Below, one piece after another: positions 22,961 to 35,559 of a DNA stretch of 64,000 bases. The stretch spans positions 855,020-919,019 of the forward strand of contig NW_003314301.1 in NCBI RefSeq assembly GCF_000143415.4, read 5' to 3'. Position 1 is the stretch's first letter. Each line of letters starts with the position of its first letter. The DNA comes from Selaginella moellendorffii (Eukaryota > Plantae > Lycopodiophyta). The notes beneath the pieces are model-generated. The model ran no database searches. It saw only the letters and a program-made list of their open reading frames with translations, and had not been told where the DNA came from. The position numbers were made by a program, and so were the translations under genes.

Positions 22961-25900
22961 TTCCCTCTTTGTTAGGGCTCGGGAATCGATCGCTGCGCCA
23001 TGGGACAGCAATGGAGGCGTGGAAGGTATGGAATCTCTCGTAGTTGCCGCTTCACAGCTTTAGCTTCCAGTCTTAGCACTGTGTGAGCTTGAGCAAGATT
23101 TTCCGCAAGAAGTACATTCGCTACACACGCCACTAAAGTCAGTGGTGCTTAGTTCCTGCACGAGTCTTCTTTCCGTCCGTTTTTAATGGTTTCGCTTAAA
23201 AAATTCCTGGTTGTCTGGAGAAATCTCTATAATGAGTCCTGGTGAAGCAGCTCGAGAGGACGGATCCAGAGAGCTCCCTCAGCGTCAAGTCAAGGACGAA
23301 ATTCCCAAATCGTCTTCACCAACGATTCACTACCTTCTGCGGAGGAGTGAGTATCGACATACTCTCTTCAGCGGCATCGTCACACTCAGTCAGAATCATG
23401 GGAGGGTAAAGTTGATCTTTTTTCTTCGGCTTGCAGAGCGGTCCTTCTCAAATGCATTCAGTACCACAGGAATTGTCTGCGGCTTCCTGATAATGCTCGT
23501 TGTGGCATAATTCTCAATATGAGTCTCTTGCTTTCCACATTGGTGGGAAGTGGTGGAAGATTCTCTCTTTTTTCAAGTTTCTAAAAGCTTTCTCTCTTTT
23601 CTTTTTTTTCACAGCTTGCTACCGAAATGAGCATAGTGGTTCTGCTCATTGGGAATGCTAATAGGTAGCAGGCGTGTGCTTATGATCTTGTCTGTCGTCT
23701 TCATTGTCGCTCCACTTTGCCTGGTGAAAAAAATGAGACAGGTATAATTTTGACATTCTTTGTCTTCTGATTTAACTTCAATGTAGCTCGAATTTTTTGC
23801 AACTGTAGGAACATCGATTGTTATATTGCTAGAAACTTTCAGTATTTTTACCTTGATTGACAGGCTGACCACCAATATTCTATTGACCGCAACCACGACA
23901 TTCTTTTCTTACCCTCTTATCGTTGGGAATTCCAGAGACAATAAGCTATCGAAAGAATGCAAAGACAAAATCTAAAGGACCATTTGGACAGTCTCGGGAG
24001 GAGGACACTCTGGATGAAATTTCAATGGCAGGGAGATTTAAACAGCCAGGGATGGAACTCTGTTGGAAAGTCTTCGTCAGGAATCGTTTTCATGGGTGCA
24101 GAATGGAAATGGACGTCTTTACTGTGAAAAGAGGAAGAAATGTTTCAATCCACTTTGCCTTGACCTTCCTAGTACTTTGTCCTGGTCCTGATCAGATGCT
24201 CAGGTGTAAACCAGAGCAACGAATTGCCACGACTCATGTTATGTAGCATCTTGATAAAGTCCTGCCTAGGCAGATTGATCTACTGCGTAGAAAAGCCAAG
24301 CACCCAAGGGCGGAAGGCAGGGAGAGTACTCAGGTGGCTTGTGTAAAACCACGGTGTTCCGAAATGTTGTTCCAAAGTCCCAGACTGTGGAAAGTAAGAG
24401 GAGTAGACCTTTGGCATAGTGACTAAGGACATAATCACATGGTGAGGAAGTCCCAGAGGGCATTGGGACTTAGTGGTCGAGCCTGTGGGCCTTGATCCAG
24501 TGGCAGTGTTGGTGAATATGGCCAAGGGTAGGATGGGATTTGGTTGGGACTGAAAGAGGGATATTGGGGAAGGTTGTTCTCCTTGTCGGTGGGCATCCGA
24601 AAGATGTTAAGGAGTGGATCTGTGATGACCACTCATGGATGGTTGGCCCAGTCTTGGAGTGGTAGGACTATGATGCAAGTGGTATTAGACCACTAGTGTA
24701 ACAAAGGTGATTGGGCATGGCCTTAGCGTAACAGGCTGCTATGTCAGTGGTACCTTTGAGTGTCGGTCATGGGATCGGACACATGAATCACTTGGACCAA
24801 GTGAAAAGGTTAAGTGGCAGGGATGCCATTCTCGGGGCTAGCAAACCCAAGTCTGAAATAGAACTTATAAAGGTTGTGAGTGAGACTCCTCCAAGTGGTT
24901 GAAGGTGTGGTTAAGTGGCTAAAGTAGAATGGAAAAATTAGTCACTTACAATTTGGTATTGGAGCTATTCCTTAGTTCGATTCTTATTGGTGGCCAAGTA
25001 TATCACCACTTGTATTGGAATTAGAAGGTCCTAAATATGGACCTATCCTCAAGGAGTAGCATGTCAAGAGGACATTGCTCTCCACTCAAGTTCATGCGTG
25101 AACTTATGCATGATGTGGTGGATGGAAAAGTGCCAATAAGGGAACGACTTTGGGATCTTGGGAACAGTGTAAGGCTTTCCTCATTGAGTGAGGATGTGAT
25201 CCAGATGAGCGTTTGACACAGCAAATGGGCTAACATAGTTGTGGTAAACAACTATAGTTGGGATCACAGGAAAGATGCATACTCCAAAACAATAAAGGAG
25301 TCACAAGATTACCCTCATATAGTTGAGGCTAGTGCTCATAACTTTGAGACCGGAATTGATGACCATGGGAGGTCAAATACAGGAGAGGACACAAGTCCTC
25401 GAAATGGTAGCTGAGGCTACCCTTGATAAATGCTGGAACAACCTAAGGAGTTGAGGATGTACTTAAAGGATGAGTTGGTATTCTCATCACATGGACAAGT
25501 GGTCCTAAGGGGGCAAAAGGTTGCCCCAAGAGAACAAATCAAGTGTCGAAGTAGCACTTGCAAAGATGGTTCTTGTGAGTAGGACCTAAATACAAAAAGT
25601 TGTATTCCAGTGAATTGGCACCTCAAAGGTAAGACATCACGGGTTGTCAGATGATGAAGTCCAAAAAGCTGGATGACTCAAACAAGAGTCAAAGAATAAT
25701 CCTAAAGGATTGATAGCAACATTTGGACTGAGGTGTGTTGTACCCCATAAAGGATGGGGGGGATCATAAGATCCAAGTATGAGAACAAAGGGTATTTCAT
25801 CAATGGTAGAATGTGCCATGCTAAAGTCGTAAGAAAAGTGTTCCCCCAAAAGAAAGCAACTTTGGCATAGAGTTGTGTGTGAACACTATGGTGTAATGCT

Positions 25901-26714
25901 AACGAATGGTTGGCATGAGAAACATTGTATTAGTCTTGGCAAAGACTTAGACACTAATAAGTAATGTCATAAAGATAGGCTCATGGAGCCAATGGTGTGG
26001 AGACACCAAATGTGCCAAGGTGTGATACTTTGAGGTTATGTTGGTGGGTTCATGAGAACCCCTTACCAAGGGAATCCCAAGAATTCTAATGGAAATAGGA
26101 ATGGCATAGCCTAAGCTGGAAGGCATGTAGTTGGAGTGTGGTGACCCAAATAATGATAGAGGTGTGGAAGCACCAAGCAATGAGTTGTAGAACTTAACAA
26201 CTATAAGGCAATTAAGCAAAATGTGCAAAATAATTGGTTAAACTGGTAGAAGGTAGCTACCTAAGACTTCTGGGATAAGGAAGTTAGATATACCCTTATA
26301 GAAGATAAATTGCTTATGTTATGATATAGTGAGTCAATGCTCATTGTCAAAGAGGCCATCATTGGGACATCTAAACAGTCTAGAACACCTGGAGGTGGTG
26401 TTTGATGTCGCGAGGGCAATAGATAAGGCTCAAGGGACTAAATCCCTAGCAAATGATGAATAGAAGGTGTTATCCAAATGTCCAAGGTTGCAAAGACGAA
26501 AGAAGTCCGTCTATCCGAATTGGATAAAGCCAAAAATGGAATTTTGGCAAGGCTAGTGATGGGCATATAAAGGCCCATATGTAACAACATTAATCCTAGT
26601 ATGTGGGATTATAAGGTGAGCATACTGTAAGGAACCGACTCCCCGAGATGTCATAAGCTAAAGGATCCCCAAAAGCTTGACCGAAATGACAAAGAGTTCA
26701 TCGGATGGGACCAA

Positions 26715-26992
26715 GTCGAGGATCGAGTCCAAGACCGACTCTAGGACCGAGTTCGAGATAGAGTCCAGAATCGAGTCCGAGACCGACTCGGGGACCGAGT
26801 TTGAGTCCAAGTTCGAGACCGAGTTCGAGACGGAGTCCGAGATCCGAAATCGGGTCCGAGACCGAGTCCGAGGTCAAGTCCGAGGTCGGGTCCGAGATCG
26901 GGTCCGAGATCGAGTCCGAGATCGAGTCCGAGACCGAATCCGAAGTCGGATCTGAAATCGGGTCCGAGATCGAGCCAGAGAGTAAGTCCAAA
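26715..26992 (+). repeat. LTR minisatellite of 6/12-bp units (GAGTCC GAGATC/GAGACC); also 33115-33380
   Basis: Visible periodic GAGTCCGAGATC array. Confidence 0.9.
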
Positions 26993-29900
26993 TACTAATA
27001 CGGGTCAAGGGGTGAAAGCCCAAAGCATGCGTCTCCCGGGGGGGGGGGGGGGGGGGGGGGCTTCCCGGGGTTCCCAAAATTTTGTAGGGGTTTGGGGGTT
27101 TTGGAACCCCTTTTGGAGGAACTTTCCAGTGGTGCTTCCAAACTAACTTGAGGTTGAGATTGGGGCCGAGGGGCCTTGGGTGGGAGTGAGCATGGGCTTG
27201 AGTGGTGCCGGAGGGGCCACCCAGGGAAGTGCTCAAGAGCAGCTCCCACTCCCGAAAGGGAAACCGACTGCGGTGCTCCCGGCTCATGTGGAGTGGTGCC
27301 CCACTTGAGTACCTTGTGGCTCATTGGTCCTCGCCCTCCCTAGGGGCTTGGGCCTTCCCTTCGGGATGGAAGTGGGGGGGTAGAGGTACCCATACCAGGC
27401 CGTTAGGCCACGGTGTTTCGCCCCGACGTCCCGAAGCAAGTGCTACACCCAAGACTTGGGATTTAGAGGGTCCCATGATCAAGTCTTGTGGTACCAAGGG
27501 GTATTAGGAATCTGGAGGCTTGGTGTGCTTGGCTGCTTGTGCCTGTGGGGAGTGTAGCTAAACCTTAAGTCCAGTCTAACCCGGAGAGGGGGATTGGGAG
27601 AGATTTGGGAATCCGTAAATGGATGGCTAACACTCCGTTGCTTGTGCAGTGAGTAGCTGAAACCAAGTAGGACCAAGTAGGAGCTGGTACCATAGGCGGG
27701 AACCTTGGCGAGGGAACTTAGCACAAGCCAATGCAGAGTTGGTCGGATAGACGAGATAAGCTGGCAAATTGGAAAGGAAAAATTTGTGGCTTACAATTTG
27801 GTATCGGAGCCTCTTCCTCAGTTCTAGCGAAGGATAGAGGCGGATTGCTGGGAGATGGCAAGGGTAGGACGTAAGCGAACCCAAGCAAAGACGGAACCTC
27901 CTCTAGAGCTGGAGCCTCCGGTCGAACAGGAGGCTATGGATGAGGAATCCTTGCATGAGGAGGACTCCAGTGAGGCAACTTCCAAACAGGAGTCTGGTGG
28001 TGAGGTTCGGTCGTCCAAGGCTCGATTGGACGTTCTAGAAGGACAATTGGCACAGACCAATGCCCTGCTAGAGACTCTCGTACGCAAGCTAAAGCGTGAT
28101 GAGAAGCGGAAGAAAAAGCGAAAGACTGCGGATGCTGGCAGCGTAGAAGGTGCGGACCCTTCGGCAGGGACTGAGGCAAAACCAAACAAGGTCGAACAGA
28201 CCGAAGTGGAATCAGTCCCTTAGGTAGTTCCCAAGTACAAACCAAAGCCCCCACCGGTCTTCAAGGGAGTGAACGACTATAAGGTGGTGGAGGATTGGTT
28301 TTACGATATGGAGGACTACTTCCGAGCGTTGTGATTACCGAGCTCGGAGAAGGTCCCATGTGCAAAACCATACTTGGCAGATAATGCCAAGTCTTGGTGG
28401 AGAACGACAGAGGCCAACGAAGGACCGGTGGCCACTTGGGAAATGATGAAGGCGAGGATCCGCACAACTTACGTTCCTCCGAATGCTACTTTGCATCTAA
28501 GGGACGAGCTGAGTAGGCTGAAGCAGACCGGAACCATTCAGGAGTATGTGAATGGGTTTATGGCAAAGAGGATACTTGTCACAGACATGGGGGATATGGA
28601 TGCGTTCCATGCCTTCATATCAGGTTTGCAAACCTGGGCTCGCGGCGAAGTAATGCGGTGGAACCCGACCAACTACAAGGAAGCGTTGGATGCGGCCATC
28701 AAGGTGCATTTCAACGATAACCTGCGAAAGGGGAACACGGCGAGGTCGGGATCCACGTTTAGCAAAGGGGCCAAACCAAGGGGAACGTTTAGCAGAGGGA
28801 AATTCAAGAAGAGTTTCTCTAAGAATGAGTCCTCGGGGTTTCGGAAAGGCAAATCCGGTGGCCAGCGAGCGAGTATGTGAGGGAGTCAAGCGAAAAGAGA
28901 CAAACCCACGGATAAGAAGGTCAAGTCATATAGCAGTGTGGGAAACAACATATGCTACAACTGCGGTGAAGCGGGACACTTCTCGAGGGAATGTCCCTAC
29001 CCGAAGAAGGCCAGAGCCAATATGGCCATCAAGTCGGGTGAAGTCCAAACTGAGGTATGTGATCCAGTCCCTAACTCAAAGTTACTCATTACACGAGCAA
29101 CTTTGGTAGAGAGTCGTTTGCGACATCTACTAGCCCTCCGAGGGAAGCTCGAAGGTAGCTTTGTTAAGATCCTTATTGACATGGGTGCTTCGGATAATTT
29201 TGTGGCTGCAGACATAGTCCGGCAAGCCGGACTAACGGTGCAGCAGCTAGGTGAACCAAGGACTATAGAGTTTGTTCAAGGTAGCCAAAGCACCGATGAG
29301 GTACTTCGACAAGCGAGAGTCGAAGTGGGGACTTGGAAGGTGGACATGGATTTCACCGTGTTGGACATGGCAGGATTTGACGTGATCTTCGGAATGGACT
29401 GGTTCAATCGATTCGTGGTAGCCCTGCATGGACAAGGTAGAAACCTTGTGGTACTGGTGAATGCCCAAGGAAGAAGATCTAGGGTGGAGGCCCAAGATCT
29501 AAAGGTAGGGCAAAGCAAGGCCAAAGATTCCTGCTTAAACCTGGTGTCCACGAGAGGACAACTCACTAAAGGAACTAAGGCGGCCTTTTTGTGCTTACTC
29601 TCGGTGAAGAGTGACAAAAAGTCAGGAATGAAAGAAGTACCTTTAGTGATCCAGCGGGTGTTAGACCAATTCCAGGATACCATGCCGGAGGAGCTACCGG
29701 CGGGGCTACCCCCAGCACGACCGATAGAACATAAGATTGAGCTGGTCGAGGGTGCTGAGGCGGTGGTTCGTCCCCCTTATCGTTTGAACGAAAAAGAACT
29801 CAAGGAGCTCAAGTGCCAACTAGAGGAGTTGGTGGACAAAGGGTATGTTAGGTTGAGCAAGTCACCGTATGGGGCACCGGTGTTATTTGTGAAAAAGAAA

Positions 29901-31727
29901 GATGGATCTATGCGCATGTGCATAGACTACCGGTTGCTCAACAAGTATACAAAGAAGAACAAGTACCCTTTGCCAGGGATTGAGGACCTGTTCGATAGGT
30001 TGGGAAAGGCAAAATACTTCTCGAGGATTGACCTAAGGTCAGGATACTACCAGATCAGGGTAGCCGAGGAAGATGTCGAGAAGACAACCTGTCGAACGAG
30101 GTATGGGAGCTTTGAGTTTCTGGTGATGCCCTTCGGGCTATGTAATGCGCCGGCAACGTTTTCGGCGCTAATGAACCACATCTTTGTACCCTATCTGGAT
30201 CACTTCGTGGTCGTCTATATTGACGACATCCTGATCTATAGCGAGACGCTAGAGGAGCATGCCGAACACTTGGCGAAGGTGTTTGAGAAACTAAGGGAAC
30301 ACAAATTGTATGCTAAAGAGAGCAAATGTGACTTTGCTCAATAAGAGGTAAAGTTTCTCGGGCATGTGGTGGGCCAAGACGAGCTCAAGGTGGACCCAGA
30401 GAAGGTCCAAGCAATCCAGGAATGGGAGCGACCATCGAATGTACACGAGTTGAGGGCATTCCTGGGGCTATGCAACTACTATCGAAAGTTTATCAGACAT
30501 TATTCAAGAGTAGCCCTGCCCTTAACGGACCAAATAGGAAAAGGGAAGATGGTGTGGACAGCGGAATGCGAGGCGGCATTCGTCCACCTCAAAGGGAAGT
30601 TGAGGAAGGCTCCCATATTGGCATTACCAGACTTTGGTAAGGACTTTGAGGTAAAAACGGATGCTTCGGACTTTGCGTTGGGCGCAGTTTTGAAGCAAGG
30701 CAACCATCCGGTAGCGTTCTTCTCGAAGAAGTTGGACAAGGCTCAACGGAAGTGGCCTGCCCACGAGAAGGAATTGTTTGCAGTGGTCAAGGCGCTCAAT
30801 GAGTGGCGACACTACCTTGGGAGACACTTCAAGGTTTACACGGACAATGTGGCAACGAAACACTTTTTGTCACAGCCCGACCTGAAAGGGAAACAAGGTC
30901 GGTGGGCCAATGCCTTGGCTGAGTTTGATTGCGAGATTCTGTACAAGCCTGGGAAGAGCAACATCGTGGCGGATGCGCTAAGTCGAAAAACGAGCTTGAG
31001 GTTGGCAATATCCAGCGCAACAGCAACCTTCTGGGACGATGTGCGGACAGCATATGAGAACGATGGTCTAGCACAAGAAGTGTTGCTGAGGAATCTAGAG
31101 GCGCGGGAAGCTCACCAAAGAGGTGAGCTGCCAATGGAAGAGAAAACGGGCTATGCGGAACGCAACAGACTCATCTATTACAAGCAAACGAGGGTGTATG
31201 TTCCAGAAGGGGAATTAAGGAAGGTGGCCTTAGAAGAGTGTCATGACGGACCTCTTGCGGGACACAGCAGAGTGCCCAAGACGATGGGCTTACTCAAGAG
31301 GAAGTACCATTGGCCAGATATGGCTAAGGACGTCCAAGACTATGTAAAGACATGTCCAACATGTCAGCAGGTAAAAGCCGTGACTAAGGCTAGTGGGGCT
31401 TGTTGCAAAGCATCCCAATTCCAGATCGTCCGTGGAAATGTCTTACAATGGACTTCATCACGGGACTCCCCCCAAGCGAGGGGTTTGATGCGATATTCGT
31501 GGTGGTGGACCGATTTTCGAAAATGGCACAATTCATACCCACCACAACGGAGGTGGATGCGGAAGGTGTGGCAAAGCTATTCTTTGAACAAGTGGTTCAA
31601 GTGCGGGGAAGACCGGAAGAGATCATCTCAGATCGAGATAAGATCTTCACCAGTAGGTTCTAGAGGACTCTCCTGGAACAGTATCGCACCAAGTTGAAAT
31701 TCAGCACAGCCTATCACCCACAGACAG

Positions 31728-31773
31728 GTATGGGGTATTAAGTCAAGTTGTTGGCACTAACACTTCTTGACAG
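31728..31773 (+). other. 46-nt GT-AG intron within the retrotransposon integrase
   Basis: ACAG|GTATGG...CACTAAC...TTGACAG|AC. Removal restores STAYHPQTDGQTERVN. Confidence 0.85.
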
Positions 31774-32191
31774 ACGGACAAACAGAAAGGGTGAATAGGC
31801 AGCTGGAGGATTATTTGCGATGCTATGTCTCGGGAGACCAGACCGATTGGGTAAGTCATTTGGGACTTGCGGAAATGTGTTATAACAACTCACCACATTC
31901 GAGTATCGGGGTGAGTCCATGGGAAGTCATCAATGGGCGAGCTATTGAAGGTCCTGTGGAACTCGGCGTGGCAGAGTATCATGGAGAGTTGCCCGCAGTG
32001 GAGGCATTCACGGCGGAAAGACTCAGCATTTGGAATCTAGTGAGGGATTCCTTGGAACGGGCTCAACAAAGGCAAACCAAATACGCGAACCAGAAGCGTC
32101 GGGATGTAGAGTTCCAAGCTGGGGAGAAGGTGTGGCTGAACACCAAGAACCTCAGACTACCAAGTGGGATCAGCCGAAAGTTGACCCAAAG

Positions 32192-32243
32192 GTAAAGATG
32201 CATGTATTCCTGTAAATGAATTGATCTTGAGTTCCGTAAGCAG
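32192..32243 (+). other. 52-nt GT-AG intron within the retrotransposon integrase C-terminus
   Basis: AAAG|GTAAAG...TAAGCAG|GTTC. Removal restores KLTQRFAGPYEI. Confidence 0.85.
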
Positions 32244-35200
32244 GTTCGCGGGGCCTTACGAGATTGAGGCACGAATCGGTAAAGTGGCTTACCGACTCCG
32301 ACTTCCTCGAGAGATGGGGAAGATGCACCCAGTGTTCCACATGAACTTACTCAAGCCGTACTTTGAGGATCCGCTTCGCAAGGACCAAGTGAGACCTTTA
32401 CCTGAGGTTATCCAAGGGGAAGAGGAATACGAAGTTGAGGCCATCCTCAATGCGCGCAAGAGCAAGCAACAAGGACACGAGGTGAGAGAGTTCCATGTGA
32501 AGTGGAAAGGATTTCCACACTGCGAAGCAACATGGGAACCGGAGGAGAACCTAGCGAATGCGCGAGATCTAGTGGAGGAATTTCTGCAAGGCAGAACTCT
32601 ATGTACTTATGAAAAATTCAATTAAAAATATCAATTTGCAAAGTTGAGCAAGTGGCACATGTTGGGACCCGAAGGCGCGCCGAAGGTAAGCTAATTAGCA
32701 TGGGTTGGATAGGTCGACCAGGCATAGGGCACTACGCCCGACTCCCTGCGGGGATGTCGAATCCGTAGACGTATTCTACGGAGGTTGGGTTCGAGTCCCA
32801 ACCCCCTAGTAAAGCAAGGCTGGGTTCAAGTCCCGACCCCATACTAGGGGGTGGTGAGGTGAGGAGTATAGGGACACCTATATTCCGTTGTCATGGGCTC
32901 TTGGCCGGGGAGGCTAACTTAAGCACACCGCTAAGTGGGGGGATGCCCCCGGAGACATGGTCAACAAGTCGTAGGATAAAACGAGACGTTCGATGTGGGC
33001 ATCGAACTTCTTCTATGGGTGGTGGAGTTGTAAGGAACCGACTCCCCGAGATGTCATAGGCTAAAGGATCCCCAAAAGCTTGACTGAAATGACAAAGAGT
33101 TCATCGGATGGGACCAAGTCGAGGATCGAGTCCAAGACCGACTTTAGGACCGAGTTCGAGATAGAGTCCGGAATCGAGTCCGAGACCGACTCGGGGACCG
33201 AGTTCGAGACCGAGTTCGAGACGGAGTCCAAGATCCGAAATCGGGTCCGAGACCAAGTCCGAGGTTGAGTCCGAGGTCGGGTCCGAGATCGGGTCCGAGA
33301 TCGAGTCCGAGATCGAGTCCGAGACCGAATCCGAAGTCGGATCTGAAATCGGGTCCGAGATCGAGCCAGAGACTAAGTCCAAATACTAATACGGGTCAAG
33401 GGGTGAAAGCCCAAAGCGTGCGTCTCCCAAGGGGGGGAGGGGCTGCAGGGGGTTCCAAAAGTATAGTAGGGATAGTGAGGTCCAGGAACCAATCTTGAAG
33501 GAACTCTCTAGTGGTGCTTCCAAACTGACTTGAGGTTGAGACTGGGGCCAAGGGGCCTTGGGTGGGAGTGAGCATGGGCTTGCCACGGTGTTTCACCCCG
33601 ACGTCCCGAAGCAAGTGCTGCACCCAAGACTTGGGATTTAGAGGGTCCCATGATCAAGTCTTGTGGTACCAAGGGGTGTTAGGAATCTGGAGGCTTGGTG
33701 TGCTTGGCTGCTTGTGCCTGCGGTGAGTGTAGCCGAACCTTAAGTCCAGTCTAACCCGGAGAGGGGGATTGGGAGAGATTTGGGAATCCGTAAATGGATG
33801 GCTAACACTCCGTTGCTCGTGCAGTGAGTAGCTGAAACCAAGTAGGACCAAGTAGGAGCTGGTACCATAGGCGGGAACCTTGGCGAGGGAACTTAGCACA
33901 AACCAAGGCAGAGTTGGTCGGATAGACGAGGTAAGCTGGCAAATTGGAAAGGAAAAATTTGTGGCTTACACATACCCAGATTGAGGAACCACTCCCTAGG
34001 TTGTTAGGTAGGTTCATCCCCAAGAATACTTGCTAAAGCATGGTAGAAAGTGCAAAGTTATCCTCCTAGTTTGGAGGTGAATAACCGAAGGAAATGTGTG
34101 AGGCTAAAAGCAAGTAGTAAAAGAATAAAACCAAACCATAGGAATCGAAGAGCATAACCAAGGGTGGTTATATTAGTTGGGAGTGGAGAATCAAGTGGGC
34201 GCTCGAGCATGTTGTTACTAGCAACCATGATGCCATGAAGAGTCTAAAGCATGGAATTGTCCATGCTAGACCATATGGCAATTGGAAAGCTTGCGAAAGG
34301 AGAGGCCTTAGCAAGCTAAGGGACAGAGTTCCTTCAAGATTCCCAAAGACAATTCTAGGTAGTGTAGTACCTAGAAAGCCAAGTGTAAATGGTTCATAGA
34401 ATGTGTGAAATCAGAGTGGTGCAGCAAAAGTGTGGTCTTGAAGCTTGCCATAAGGCAATGCTATCAAGGTTGGGGAACTAGTTCCCAAGTGTTCAAAGGG
34501 ATAACTTTGAACGAAAGTCGATAGTCAAGAACTTTCATGCTTATGTATGAAACCATGTTACATTGGTCGGATGATTTGTTAAGCGAGAGTGGCAAGTCAA
34601 GGGAACAAATCCCTTAGTTGAAGGTGCTAACTTCAAAAAGGGTGGCCTACGGGGCCAAGCATGGAGGAGTCCATACATGATCATAGACTTGTCAAGTGAA
34701 AGGACTTGGCAATTTGGAGGGACTAAGTTCCTAAGCTATGATCCGTAGCGCGCTTTGGATATAAATTGGTGCACCAGCATGGGGAGTCACGCCAAGCATC
34801 TAGGGTGATGCCGTCCGTAGATGCATATACGAAGGTTGGGTTCGAGTCCCAACCCTCTAGTGCTTGGGTTTAAGTCCCAAATCACTAGGGTGTGGTGATG
34901 GTTTGGAATATGAGGACACTCATATTTTGGTGGTCATGGACTCTCAGTGAGGAGATTGGTTTGGGCACACCGCCAAGCTAGGGATGCCTCAGAGTCGTGA
35001 TGCACGGTTAGATTGTTTAGGGTGAAAGTTGAGCATATCTAACTTGAACGCTTTGGTGCAAGTGGCACTAAGGACGTGGTGAGTGAGATTGCCCGGGCAG
35101 ATTGATCTACTGCATAGAAAAGCCAAACAATTCAGATGTCTTTCCAGAAGAACTTCGGTACTCTAAACGTTAGTATGATCGTACCTGGGGCATCTCGTGC

Positions 35201-35559
35201 ACGTAGTCCGAGTAGGGGAAGTTTGGACAGTTTTCACCCCGGAACTTGATGTAAACTCGGTCATAGATCCTGTGATTAAACATTTTATCAAAAATCTTTC
35301 TAGAAAAGAAAGGAAACAAAGTGGCTTCTGGGGTGCTGGATGACTTGATGTATATCTGTTTGTTCTTGTCGACAGCCCTGATGGTTATAGATCCATAACT
35401 TGGACGGATGGGCGACACACAGTGTCCAGCCCTGTTGCTGTGAAGACCATGGCTTGATCATGATTCTTATGGAGTAGACGGGGTTGCGAGGCAGAAGAGT
35501 TGATAGCATGCCTTTCACTCCCGACGATGTTTCATGTGACTACACAACGTTGTGGAGTG

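Larger units (their letters stand above)
26626..33970 (+). mobile_element. Full-length Ty3/gypsy chromovirus; LTRs 26626-27795 and 33029-33970, TSD CATAC, gag-pol 27855-~32625, decayed
   Basis: TG..CA LTRs, PBS TGGTATCGGAGCC (27799), [43 protein letters not shown], RNase H, integrase, chromodomain YEVEAIL...VKWKGF...ATWEPEENL. Nonsense stops at 28221, 28333, 28878, 30342, 31661 and a frameshift near 31395. Confidence 0.97.
24300..35089 (+). mobile_element. Degenerate non-autonomous LTR element fragment (partial LTR 24300-24950, PBS, decayed internal region) hosting a nested chromovirus
   Basis: 24300-24950 is homologous to the LTRs at 56540-57172 and 59480-60113. ...CTTACA|ATTTGGTATTGGAGC PBS. 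Confidence 0.75.

Noticed and set aside
26677-26998. Repetitive ORFs (RDRVRDRV / SEIESE / LGLGL), also at 33.1, 55.4-56.2 and 58.8-59.2 kb
   Set aside because: These are translations of the LTR minisatellite. They are not genes, and not a CRISPR array (no unique spacers).
27036-27420. Long poly-G tract and divergent G/C-run-rich segment of the 5' LTR (G-quadruplex candidate)
   Set aside because: Differences from the 3' LTR are homopolymer smears immediately after a G run, typical of poor-quality sequence. It is unreliable for LTR dating or structure.
32782-32806. tRNA gene
   Set aside because: Only a T-arm-like hairpin is present, with no cloverleaf. Reported as a structured element instead.
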